Assembly: GCF_001186125.1 (NCBI RefSeq) | Contig: NW_014040546.1 | Coordinates: 174,431 to 208,412 of the forward strand | Length of the DNA: 33,982 nt | DNA from: Sphaeroforma arctica JP610 | Taxonomy: Eukaryota | Direction: 5' to 3' | Shown here: positions 1 through 11,900 of the stretch, piece after piece | Layout of the letters: every line of letters begins with the position of its first letter | Numbering within the stretch: the first letter of the stretch is position 1 | The notes under the pieces: model-generated | The model's database searches: none | What the model was told of the DNA's origin: nothing | The model's input: only the letters and a program-made list of their open reading frames with translations | Translations under genes and position numbers: made by a program

Positions 1-344
1 ACATATATATATATATATATACAATTACTCGAGGTATGATTGAACGTTATCAACGCCTTCTACTATTCCTTCGTAAAGTGTCCTGCTTAAAAATATGTTT
101 TTAAATAGCTGCACAATTAATTATCTTCTAGAAAAACCGCGCTTTCATACACACCGGCAATGTATTTTTGAGTTTCACTTTCTTAGAAATTGTTCTGACT
201 TCTGTCTTCTGTTGAGATCTTTTCAAGACATATTTTTTTTGTATGTACACAAAGACATAGATTTGTGTTGTTGTTTAAAAATAGATCTGATTCTCCCTAC
301 GTACATACATAGCTTTCAGTCAGTGAGTCTGAGGCTCTGAGCTC

Positions 345-383
345 TTTGGAGTTTGGAGTTTGGAGTTTGGAGTTTGGAGTTTG
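345..383. repeat. (TTTGGAG)5 heptamer tandem repeat
   Basis: Read directly. Confidence 0.9.
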
Positions 384-1461
384 TTTAGGAAATGTCAAGG
401 AGTAAATATTTTGTTTTTGTGAATATTAATGAAAGCGTGAGTCGGGACTCGGGAGGCTGTGAGGCGTGAACCATGTATTGGTTTTTTGTTTTTCGTTTTT
501 TTTTAGTATTATGTATGTCCCTACAAACATTTTTTTTTTAAACGCCTGACTTTTGTCACGTTTTTTTACCAAAAATGGAAACACGTTCCGAATCCGATCG
601 TAAAAGATAAAACTCGATAGGATTTGTATCATAGAGAAACTGAGAAAGATGAACCCGACCGTAAACGAAGCCGATTCACATTCTCGTTTATGTACAAGAT
701 TCAAACGTAAACGATACACTTCTTAACGTAAACCAGAAAGCCGAACGGATAAAATATTATACGGTCATAATTGGTTTTTGAATATTGTTTTATTTGTGTA
801 ACGTTTTCAAGTCCCCATGTCTGAGACATGTCCTGAATATTTGTCCTCTTGATTTGTTCAAGCCAGAATCATGCATATTTAATTTTAATTTATCTCCTCC
901 TAATCGGAGAAAAGGCAAAACAAGAACACAAACACAAAGCGTTGGTTGGTGACTTCATTCCAGACTTCGTTGTGGCGTGATGTGTAATGTGTGCAGCTCA
1001 GTTCAGGGAGTTCAACTCCCACTGTTCAGTGAGTCACACAGGGACAGTGATCACTGATCAGTCTCAAAAAAAGTTCAGTCACCATAATTTTGGACCAAAT
1101 CTAATTATTGATAGGTCAACAGAGGCCTTACAGGGCACCAAATTTTACACCTTATCTTTTAATCTCGCGGAATGTAAATATGTATGCAGGTTTCCTTCCA
1201 ATGTACATGAAGTATTTGCGCTCGAATAATAATATCTTCAATCTCACACTGTGTGTCGAGACCTTGTAGTTATTTAAGAATTATAGCGCAAGAGCCCTGC
1301 AATTGTCTTGGGAACCCCGTCAATCAAGATTGCACGACGGTGGTAAGAATCATAGGATTGACAGCAACAACCCGAATTGACATATAGACTCAATTTTGAA
1401 TATTTTTTTTGGTTGCGAAGTTGTCGAGCAGTAGATTCGCACAACAAGTACAGCCACAGCT

Positions 1462-1535
1462 ATGGCTCCGAGGGCATCGAAGCGTCAGCTTGTAGCTACG
1501 TCTGACGGTGAAGTTGCTTCTGGTGTGAATTTGAG
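1462..1535 (+). CDS. Candidate first exon ([24 protein letters not shown]...); donor not resolved
   Basis: ATG at 1462 follows an AT-rich stretch. The best-looking donor (AG|GTGTGT, 1535/1536) is phase 2, but exon 1721 needs phase 0. Alternative in-frame ATGs at 1691 and 1706. Confidence 0.35.
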
Positions 1536-4500
1536 GTGTGTTCTGTGTCTCGAAGGAGCATATCTTCCAATACAGTGTAGTGCATCATATGACATGAGGT
1601 TATTTCTGGTATCAGTATTGTAGAGTACAAAACTAGATGTAAGCAATATATTCCCCTGCTCTCTATAAGACCAGTGCAATCATATGATCTATGCACTTTG
1701 TATCGATGGCACATTTTCAGTCATTTGATCAAGTGCCATGCGCGCCTGTCGGTGGAATAACAACCACTGAAGGATACACGCTATGGCTCGATGCTTTTCG
1801 TCACATCACAAGGTGAACAGTTTTCTGTATCACCTGAACACCATTAATTAGGAACTGCATAGAACCACAACTATATACGACCACAAGATCAATGTACATA
1901 CACACAATCCATTTCTGTAGCTGTGGCCAACCAGCACATGTTTAACCTTTAGCTCACACTGACGACACTCACTGAGGTATGCCTCAAATTTAACATCTCT
2001 ATACTATATAATACTATACACGCCAGAGAAACCGACACCAATCCATCTGAGAGAGCTACCAACCACGCATGGGAAACACGCTTCGGAGCACTGGAGATTC
2101 TGGCTGTGTATACTGGGTCTGAGCATGACGACGGAGGCTTACCAGGTTAGTATTGTGTGGTATCGCACATATACACATGATTTGTGTATGTATAAAGCTT
2201 TGGAGAGGATGGTATACACTTTACTTAAAATATTCGGAAGACTGATTTTTTTGTGTAGGGCCTCAATGGGTTTTGAGTCTGCGTCAGGCAATCCATACAC
2301 AAACACACAACACCCCTGAATCAGCAGCATGAAGCAATGGCTGGCAAGATATAATATCAATGCGATCTTATGCACACACAACACCCCTAAATCAGCAGCA
2401 TATCATATCAATGCGATCTTATGCACACACAACACCCCTGAATCAGCAGCATATCATATCAATGCGATCTTATGCACACACAACACCCCTAAATCAACAG
2501 CATGAAGCGATGGCTGGCAAAATATCATATCAATGCGGTCTTATGCACACACAACACCCCTAAACCAGCAGCATATCAAATCAATGCGATCTTATGCACA
2601 CACAACACTCCTAAACCAGCAGCATGAAGCGATGGCTGGCAAAATATCATATCAATGCGATCGTATGCACACACAACACCCCTAAACCAGCAGCATATCA
2701 AATCAATGCCTACACACACACACTACACCCCTAAATCAGCAGCATGAAGCGATGGCTGGCAAAATATTATATCAATGCGATCTTATGCACACACAACACC
2801 CCTAAACCAGCAGCATATCAAATCAATGCCTATACACACACACTACACCCCTAAATCGGCAGCATGAAGCGATAGCTGGCAAATTATCATATCAATGCGA
2901 TTTTATGCACAACATGGGAACTGTATCTCCACCGCTTGTTTAATTTTCTGTTACGTACTAGTGGCATGTCACACGCGTAGTAGTTTATATAAATTTTCGA
3001 ATTCGAATCAACAACCCAATCGTTGAGTGACTGTGAATATGTTATTAAGATCTATAGAACTACTAACACGATTATCGGATATTTCCTATCGCAGGGTGAC
3101 TGTGTATATGATATTCAGTGTAGTTCGTATATACATGTATTCACTTAAGATGTATAGAATTACTAGCAAGATCATCGGTTATTATCAATCGTAGGGTGAC
3201 TAGGTATATCATCTTTATATACCGATTGGCAAGATTATGAGATATTTCCTATCGTAGGGCGCCTTTATACATGATATTCAGTGTAGTACGTATATACATC
3301 TATTCACTTGAATATATAGAGCTACTAACACGATTGTCGGATATATGTATACAATCCGTATAGGACGTGAATTCGGGTTTGTAAGGTTGGTCGACGACGT
3401 CTTATTTGGCGACACGGATGAAGAAGACAGTATCGAAGTGGAATGGCTGGAGGAGGAGCGTCCAGCTGGGACCACTAGTGACGAATTAGTGGCTGATGAA
3501 AAACTAGTTCCCAATGGTAAGGCTACTAAAACCAAGAAGGGGGGCAAAAAGGCCCGAAACAAGGGCAAATACAAGGGCAAGCTCAGCGACGGAAAGAACG
3601 CGACCGATGTGCAAACGGTGGGTGCTGAGCAACTGACGAGTGCGTCTGCCGGACAAACCAAGGTGTCTGGAGGGGATGCAGAAGCCAAGCCAAAAGACAG
3701 CTACCTACTGCAGTACCACGGCGATGGCTATGGCTATGCATCCATTGGCGCTATCATCTGTTCCGTATCAGATGTGGTCAGTGAAGATAAGACGGGCGTG
3801 GTGAAGGTGCAGGTATGTTAGGCAGCATTTGGCTATAGATGTGTAGAGGCGATGGTGACTTTATAACAAAGCATGAGTTTCATGAACCTTCCTATGTGGC
3901 TGTGTGTTGCACATTTCGTTGTGTTTTGGGGTATCTCATGACATCAGAGGGCGATGAGATTACTTCTAACGATCTGTGCACTCACCCGCTAGCCCGTATC
4001 AACCACTATGCCGTTTGTTCCCACCCCTGAGTAGTTAAACAAATGGTTAGAAAGGATCAGAGATATAGATAGCGAGTCAAATAAGGCATAACCCATCCAA
4101 CCCCTTCTAACTCCATCTACCACGCCTCGCAGGAGAAAGCTCTGAAGTACGTGCGAGATCGCCTAGATGCGCAACTGAGTGACGACTACGACCGCTTTGT
4201 GGACGAGGCAAAGTACCCGGACTACACTCAGCGCATGCGTGCAAGCGGCCGCAAACGCGTTAAGGTGGAGTTCATCGCAGACAGCAAGAGTGACGGGGAT
4301 ACGGCTGGTGCAGGTGGGCGCAAGGCAGCAAAGAGCCAGGGCAACCGCCTTGCTAGGTCGTCCAAGAGGTGTGTGTAAGTTATTGTAGATAGGTCTTTTG
4401 GGTGCTGTAGGTGCGTGTAAGATATTGTAGGAAGGTATTTTGGATGCTGTAGGTATATATAAGATATTGTAGGTAGGTGTTTTGGATGCTGTAGGTGTGT

Positions 4501-7316
4501 GTTATACAGGTATGCATGTGTTTGTAGACACTCAGCGGGTGTGGTTTAGCGCCCACAGCCTTGTGGAGGTGGAGCTTGACAGCGCCGACACAAGCGATCT
4601 TCCAGGAGGTATGCGTGCCTGTACTATGCACTCAGAGTCTGCTTGGTCAGAGGTGTGTATGTACTCTGGATGTACGTCGTGAAACACAACGGTTTGTCTC
4701 GTTTTTCAAACCTGGTTTATTGGCCCTATATTCCACGTGCAAACTTAATCCGTCGGACGCATGTATGCACTACTGATGTAAAATGGTAACAGACTCTATT
4801 GTCAAGGTCACACATGGCATAACTGACATAAACATGATACAGCTGATATATTGGGACAATTATTTGAAGACCCTGTTTGTCTCATGCGCATCTCCCCACA
4901 CAGCAATTAATATAGAGATCACGTCTATGCACGCACGCCAATTAGGAGTATATTGTTATTGCGAGGTGTCCGGTGTCCGGTGTCCACTTGTTTTGCGTAA
5001 CTGTCACGTCTATGCACGCATGCCAATTAGAAGTATATTGTTATTGCGAGGTGTCCGGTGTCCGCTTGTTTTGCGTAACTATACGTCTATGCACGCACGC
5101 CAATTAGGAGTATATTGTTATTGCGAGGTGTCCTGTGTCCGCTTGTTTTGCGTAACTGCCACGTCTATGCACGCACGCCAATTAGGAATATATTGTTATT
5201 GCGAGGTGTCCTGTGTCCGCTTGTTTTGCGTAACTGTAAGCTTATTTGGACACCTGACAATATTCGACTGTAGCCCAACAAAGCCTCGTACCAGCGGAGT
5301 GTCTGTGCGAAAGGGCAAGGCGGTGAAACGGGAGGACATATTGCAACCAAACTCGGAGGTGCAGGTGCAGCCAGACCCGTTTACAGTCAAAACGGGGAAG
5401 CTCAGTATCTGTGGAGGTGAGTCATGCTTTGCCCCACCATTTCACGGTCAAAGGAAAAGTTTGGTATTGTTATAGGCACGCGTCTGTGGTACAAAGTGTC
5501 CTAATATACGAGTGTGGTATGTTGTTGATTGATGGCTAACTATGGCGCAGACACCGTGTGTTTGTGGGATGTGGGTCTCTCGAGGTTCAATGGTGTTGTG
5601 AGAGAGTATGTGATTGCATGCGTACACCTTTCGCATTGAGAGTATTGTACATATACTTTGTATTGATTGTATAGTACATATACTTTGTATTGAGAGTATT
5701 GTACATATACTTTGTATTGAGAGTATTGTACTTATACTTTGTATTGATTGTATAGTACATATACTTTGTATTGAGAATATTGTACATATACTTTGTATTG
5801 ATTGTATAGTACATATACTTTGTATTGAGAGTATTGTACATATACTTTGTATTGATTGTATAGTACATATACTTTGTATTGAGAGTATTGTACATATTTT
5901 TTGTATTGATTGTATGGTACATATACTTTGTATTGAGAGAGTTGTACATATACTTTGTATTGATTGTATGGTACATATACTTTGTATTGAGAGTGTTGCA
6001 TATATACTTTGTATTAATTGTAATAGTACATATGCTTTGTATTGAGAGTGTTGTACATATACTTTGTATTGAGAGTGTTGTACATATACTTTGTATTGAA
6101 TGTATGGTACATATACTTTGTATTGACACGATTGTACATATACTTTGTATTGAGTGTGTTGTACATATACTTTGTATTGATTGTATTGTACATATACTTT
6201 GTCTTGACAGTATTGCATATATACTTTGTATTGAGAGTATAGTACATATACTTTGTATTGATTGTATAGTACATATATTTTGTATTGATTGTATGGTGCA
6301 TATACTTTGTATCGATTGTATTGTACATATACTTAGTATAGATTGTATAGTACATATACGTTGTGTGCGTTCTCAATGAACGCACAAGCTTAGGGACACT
6401 ATCTACCTCAGTGACAGGTTATATAAACTAAAGGCTTGTCCTTATTCTGTTTTCTATTTAAAGTCGCAGTATACGGCAGGCAGTTGCTTCTGTTTGTTAT
6501 GGCTGACTCTCTCTCGATACAAATGCTCACTTACCTCAAATGAAAGTGTACTTCTATAGACGTACCTACACGCCCATTCTATGAAAGCATACTTCTATAA
6601 ACCTACCTACACGCCCATTGTATGAAAGCGTACTTCTATAGATCCACCTACACGCCCATGCTATGAAAGGTACTTCTATAGACCTACCCGCACGCCCATT
6701 CTATGAAAGGTACTTCTATAGACCTACCTACACGCCCATTCTATGAAAGTGTACTTCCATAGACCTACCTACACGCGCATTCTTTATTCATATGTACTGC
6801 TCACGCGCAACCACTGTGTATGCATACACGCAGGCGATATCGAACGGTGTGGGAAAGAACTCATACGAGCGTATCGATCTGGTGACTCTGCGGTGTTCAA
6901 AAAGCTGTGCAAAGGAAAGAGCACTGACGTGCATTCACTGTATGCCACTCAAAGTGTGGATGTGCGCAAAACGGCTCTGGACTACGCCATCGTAGCCGAG
7001 GATAAGGTACTGTATGTGTGAGGTTCAAGTACTTATGTGCCTAGGGTTATTGTAGTTGAATTATGCACATAGTCCAATAATATATAAATATATGAAAATA
7101 TATATATATATATATATACCGTAACTTCAAAACCCTTTGTTCTGTTTCAGGCGGCTGTGGATTTGTTGTGGGCTGCTATGGCCGTGTCGAACCCCGTACT
7201 TGCTGAGCACCTCAAGTGCTCGCTCGTGACAGTCTCTACGGGAAAGCACACCAGCAAGTACGCAGACTACAACAGACGCAAGGTAAGCACATTACAATTG
7301 TAAGTACACGTACACG

Positions 7317-7383
<67 letters not shown>

Positions 7384-7779
7384 NNNNNNNNNNNNNNNNN
7401 NNNNNNNNNNNNNNNNNNNNNNNNNNNNNNNNNNNNNNNNNNNNNNNNNNNNNNNNNNNNNNNNNNNNNNNNNNNNNNNNNNNNNNNNNNNNNNNNNNNN
7501 NNNNNNNNNNNNNNNNNNNNNNNNNNNNNNNNNNNNNNNNNNNNNNNNNNNNNNNNNNNNNNNNNNNNNNNNNNNNNNNNNNNNNNNNNNNNNNNNNNNN
7601 NNNNNNNNNNNNNNNNNNNNNNNNNNNNNNNNNNNNNNNNNNNNNNNNNNNNNNNNNNNNNNNNNNNNNNNNNNATATATGCATATATGTCTGTTTGTTC
7701 GTATATGTGTGGGTGTGTAATATTTATGTGTATATATACGTGTATGTATGTATATGTATGTATGTTTGTTTAAACATAA

Positions 7780-7837
<58 letters not shown>

Positions 7838-7890
7838 GTATTTATTGTAATGAACATATCTATATATAGGTACATATATGTATATATATT

Positions 7891-7931
<41 letters not shown>

Positions 7932-8912
7932 TTATTGTGATGAACATATAGAAATATAGAACAAATAGATACATATAGAAATGTTGAAAAATGACAATGT
8001 ATTTATTTCGCAGGCTACAACTGTCCAAAAGTTGTCTATCCTACCTACCAATATGCATGTATATACATTGTCGGAATGTCTTGCACCACCTCACTCCATG
8101 TGTCCAAATATCACACTCGTGGACAGGTCAACATGTCCCGAGGCGGCAAGGAGGGTAACAACGCCTTCGTTGCTGACCTGTCGAATGGTCAGTACGCCAG
8201 TGACAAGTACAAATGCCCGCCCAATAACACCCATCTAGTGGACCTTATGTGCACCCATGGCCCAGTTTCTTTGGACTTTTGGACCCATCTGGACAAACTG
8301 AGGGATGCGGAAATGGTGGGTGTATGTGGAAATGGGCTAGGAATATGTAACGTAGATATATGTACACATAATGTATAGCAGGTGACAGGTGTTATCATGA
8401 GATGGTTGTATTTTCAGTAGGTACATGCACTAGGAGTGTATATATAGTAGATATATACGTACATAATGTGTAGCAGGTGACAAATGGTGTCATGAGGTGA
8501 TTGTATTTTCAGTAGACATATGTACTATGATTGTATATACAGTTCTGAAGTTAAATCGGCATTGCCTATATCCACAGTATGATGCCAACACCACAATAGA
8601 AAACCTCTAGTCTATTCGCAATCTCGCTCAGCACCAAAACATAAATCCCAAACCCTAAAACCCTAGAACATTATGAAACCTCTCTAATTAATTTACAATC
8701 TTGCTCAGCAGATAAATGTCAATTACCACAAACTGTTGATCTACGGCAATCTGGAATTGGCGCACCACCAGTCCAAAGGACTGCAGGACAGAGGGTAAGC
8801 ACTTGTGTATCTGAGGTACACGAATAGATACAAGAGGTGTGGGAGAGAAGTATGGGTATGTGTGCATTGTAGAGGAGCCAGCGTAAATGCTGGATAACAG
8901 AGTATATATATT

Positions 8913-8963
<51 letters not shown>

Positions 8964-11900
8964 TATAGTANNNNNNNNNNNNNNNNNNNNTATCCATACA
9001 CATGACACACTCCCACTCCCACACAGATGAGTCAGCAATTCGCATCCGGCGCAAGCTTTGCGCCTGTGCATGCGGCTGCAGCCAACAACCATTCAGCGTA
9101 TCTGTCACAGTTGTTGGCTGTGGCGCCAGACAGTGTGCAGCTAGAGGACTCTCATGAGGCTAACCTCTTGCACTATGCGTGTGTGAGCTCTACAGGTCAT
9201 ACACTGAAGTACCTGCTAGATGGTAAGGGTAAGTGATGTGAGCGAGTGTATGTTGTGCGTGTGTATGTAGTGTGTGGGTGTCGCTAGTTATGTGCGTGTG
9301 TGTGTAATGTGTGAGTGTGGGTGTGTGGATTGAGATGCATAGTCTCGTCGCGATGTGGTCAGTCGTTGGTGCTACGTGGGCGCGTATAACCTCACCTCTA
9401 GGGTTCTTGGGTTTAGGGTTTGCGAGGCTATGTATCCGCAACAACGCACTGGGTGTAGTATCCTGATTGGGTCTACCATTTTTAGTTTTACTATCATGGA
9501 AAACCCCAAACCATACAGTCTAAAACATAGTCTAAAGCATACAGTCCAAAACATACAGTCTGAAACATACAGTCTAAAACATACAGTCTAAAACATACAG
9601 TCCAAATCATACAGTCTAAAACCTACAGTATAAAACCATGCAGCAGGAAAGAGCTTTCCGCCAAGATGTAACCACACACAGCCCTTACCGACTTATCCTT
9701 CTCCTATTCCCTTGTACTGACCCACTACACACCCGCAAACAGGTACCGAACTTCAACGCAACAAACCCACACGCTTCGACAAGACCACCCCACTCATGTG
9801 GGCAGCACGCGTGGCACGGGCACACAACGTATCTCTCCTCTGCGCTAACCAGGACGAAACGAAGCTATCCTCCATGCACAGAGCCATGAATCGCCTGGGC
9901 TACACACCTCTGCACTTGGCCGTGGCTAGTTGGTGTAGTGGGCGTCTGGAGACAGTGAGAGCGTTGGTGGAGTGTGGCGCTGAGGTGGATGTGCGTGCAC
10001 ACATAACACGACAGAATAAGACCACGCCACTGCTCATGGCGGCGGCGAAGGGCGACCTTGAGATGGTGCAGGTGAGTTGTGGGTGGGTGAGTGGTGTGGA
10101 TGTATATCTGGATGGGCTTGTACAAGGTGTGATGTGGTGTTTGTGTACGTTATGCATGTGCATGTACAGCGTGTGATGTGGTGTATGTGTACGTTATGCA
10201 TGTGTGGCTAAGGTGGATGTGCGTGCACACACAGCACTACAGAACAAGACTACGCAACTGCTCATGGCTGCGGCGAAGGGCGACCTCGAGATGGTGCAGG
10301 TGAGATGTCTAGCATCAGTTTCACGTACTCTCTACTCATGCATAGCCACCTATGCACCTACACCCATGTTTCTATTACTATTGGTGTGGTCTATGTCACA
10401 TGACTCGTACTACATATGTAAGTATGGGTGTATATGCTACATATATAAGTATGAGAGTATATGCTACATATGTAAGTATGAGTGTATATGCTACATATGT
10501 ATGCATGAGTGTATATGCTACACATGCAAGTATGAGTGTATATGCTCTTACATAAGTATGAGTGAATATGCTACATATGTAGCGTTTACGCTTATACTTA
10601 CTGGGGAGCGTGGTATTCGTAGTTGTGCAAGCCCTACACGGGTAGCCTGAATCAGCAAAGGCTAAGGCCCAATGCTTTTATAATAAGCTCGGTTTAAAAT
10701 AGGCACTCACTCACACGTATATACTTTTCAATATACTCAGTTGCTAGTTGAACTCGGGGCAAACCCGGTCCTACGTGACAAACTGAAAAGGGGTGCGGTT
10801 ATACTTGCCGCCAAAAACGGACATGCGCACGTCCTCTCTTACTTACTGCGCGTGGGAGTGGATGCCAACGCACGCGACACCTCCGACAACACAGCCGCAC
10901 ACTACGCGGCGGCTTACGGATGGCTCGAGTGTCTTAAGGTGCTGGTAGATCAGGTAGGCGACTCTGCGGGATAGGGTTTAGGGTTTTAGTTGTTGTTTGG
11001 CTGTGGAGTATGTGTGTTCCTTATATGTGTTTGTGGTACTTGAGATACGTAGTGGTTGCTTACATCGAATAGTAGTATATGCAAGCTAGACGACACACCG
11101 CAGAGAAGACTTCTGTGCAGTAAACTGCGTACTGACTCTCGTATGTGCATGCTTCTCTTCACTCTCTCACGTGTGCGCCTTTGGAGTGATCACATCGCTG
11201 GGAGAAATAAATGGTGCGAGCCTACTACTTAAACAATAAGACCTACCAACACGTACAATAGATACATATGTACAAACATGCATTCATACTTACTTGCATA
11301 CATATACACATAAATACATACATACATACATACATTCATACATACATACATACATACATACATACATACATACATGCATACATACATGCATGCATACATA
11401 CATACATACATACATACATACATGCATACGTACATACATACATACACACATATACACCCCTTCTACACAGGCTGAAGCCTTGCCGGACGAGCGCAACAAC
11501 TGGGCAACCACGCCGGTGGGTGTTGCACTGAAGAAGAATCGGTTGGCCTGTGCGGCGTATTTGCTGCAGTTGGGCGAGAGAGTGGATGTCAACATTTGCG
11601 ACAAGAGTGGGGAGTCTTTATTCTGCACTGTCCTCAAGGTGTACGCCGAGGATTTGGTATGTGTGCGTGAATCAACGACACCGAACCCCCGAATTCGCGA
11701 CATGTAGTAAATGTATATGTAAATGTATACGTATATTTTATGTGTATGTATATTTATAACGTATATTTTAAGAATATGTAGATTTATATGTATATATATA
11801 TGTAATACGTATAGATGTATCTATATACTCACAACCATCCCAACCCATATCCCCAGGCCAACGTACCCCCAACCTTCAGCGGTGGTGGCAAGAACGCTCT

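Noticed and set aside
95..1229. Short ORFs 95-340, 426-719 and 987-1229
   Set aside because: AT-rich, no recognisable motifs and no supporting splice chain.
2296..2911. Repeat array resembling CRISPR (also 4919-5237, 6539-6783, 13365-13555, 27197-27535)
   Set aside because: Head-to-tail tandem units without unique spacers, no cas genes, and a eukaryotic spliceosomal context.
4559..4608. Possible small exon ([17 protein letters not shown]) with good AG/GT sites
   Set aside because: Ends in phase 1 but exon 5274 needs phase 2; 4368>5274 joins in frame without it.
5448..6385. Long overlapping ORFs on both strands (up to 256 aa) with 9-aa periodicity
   Set aside because: Translations of a 27-bp intronic minisatellite; exons 5274-5416 and 6834-7006 join in frame across it.
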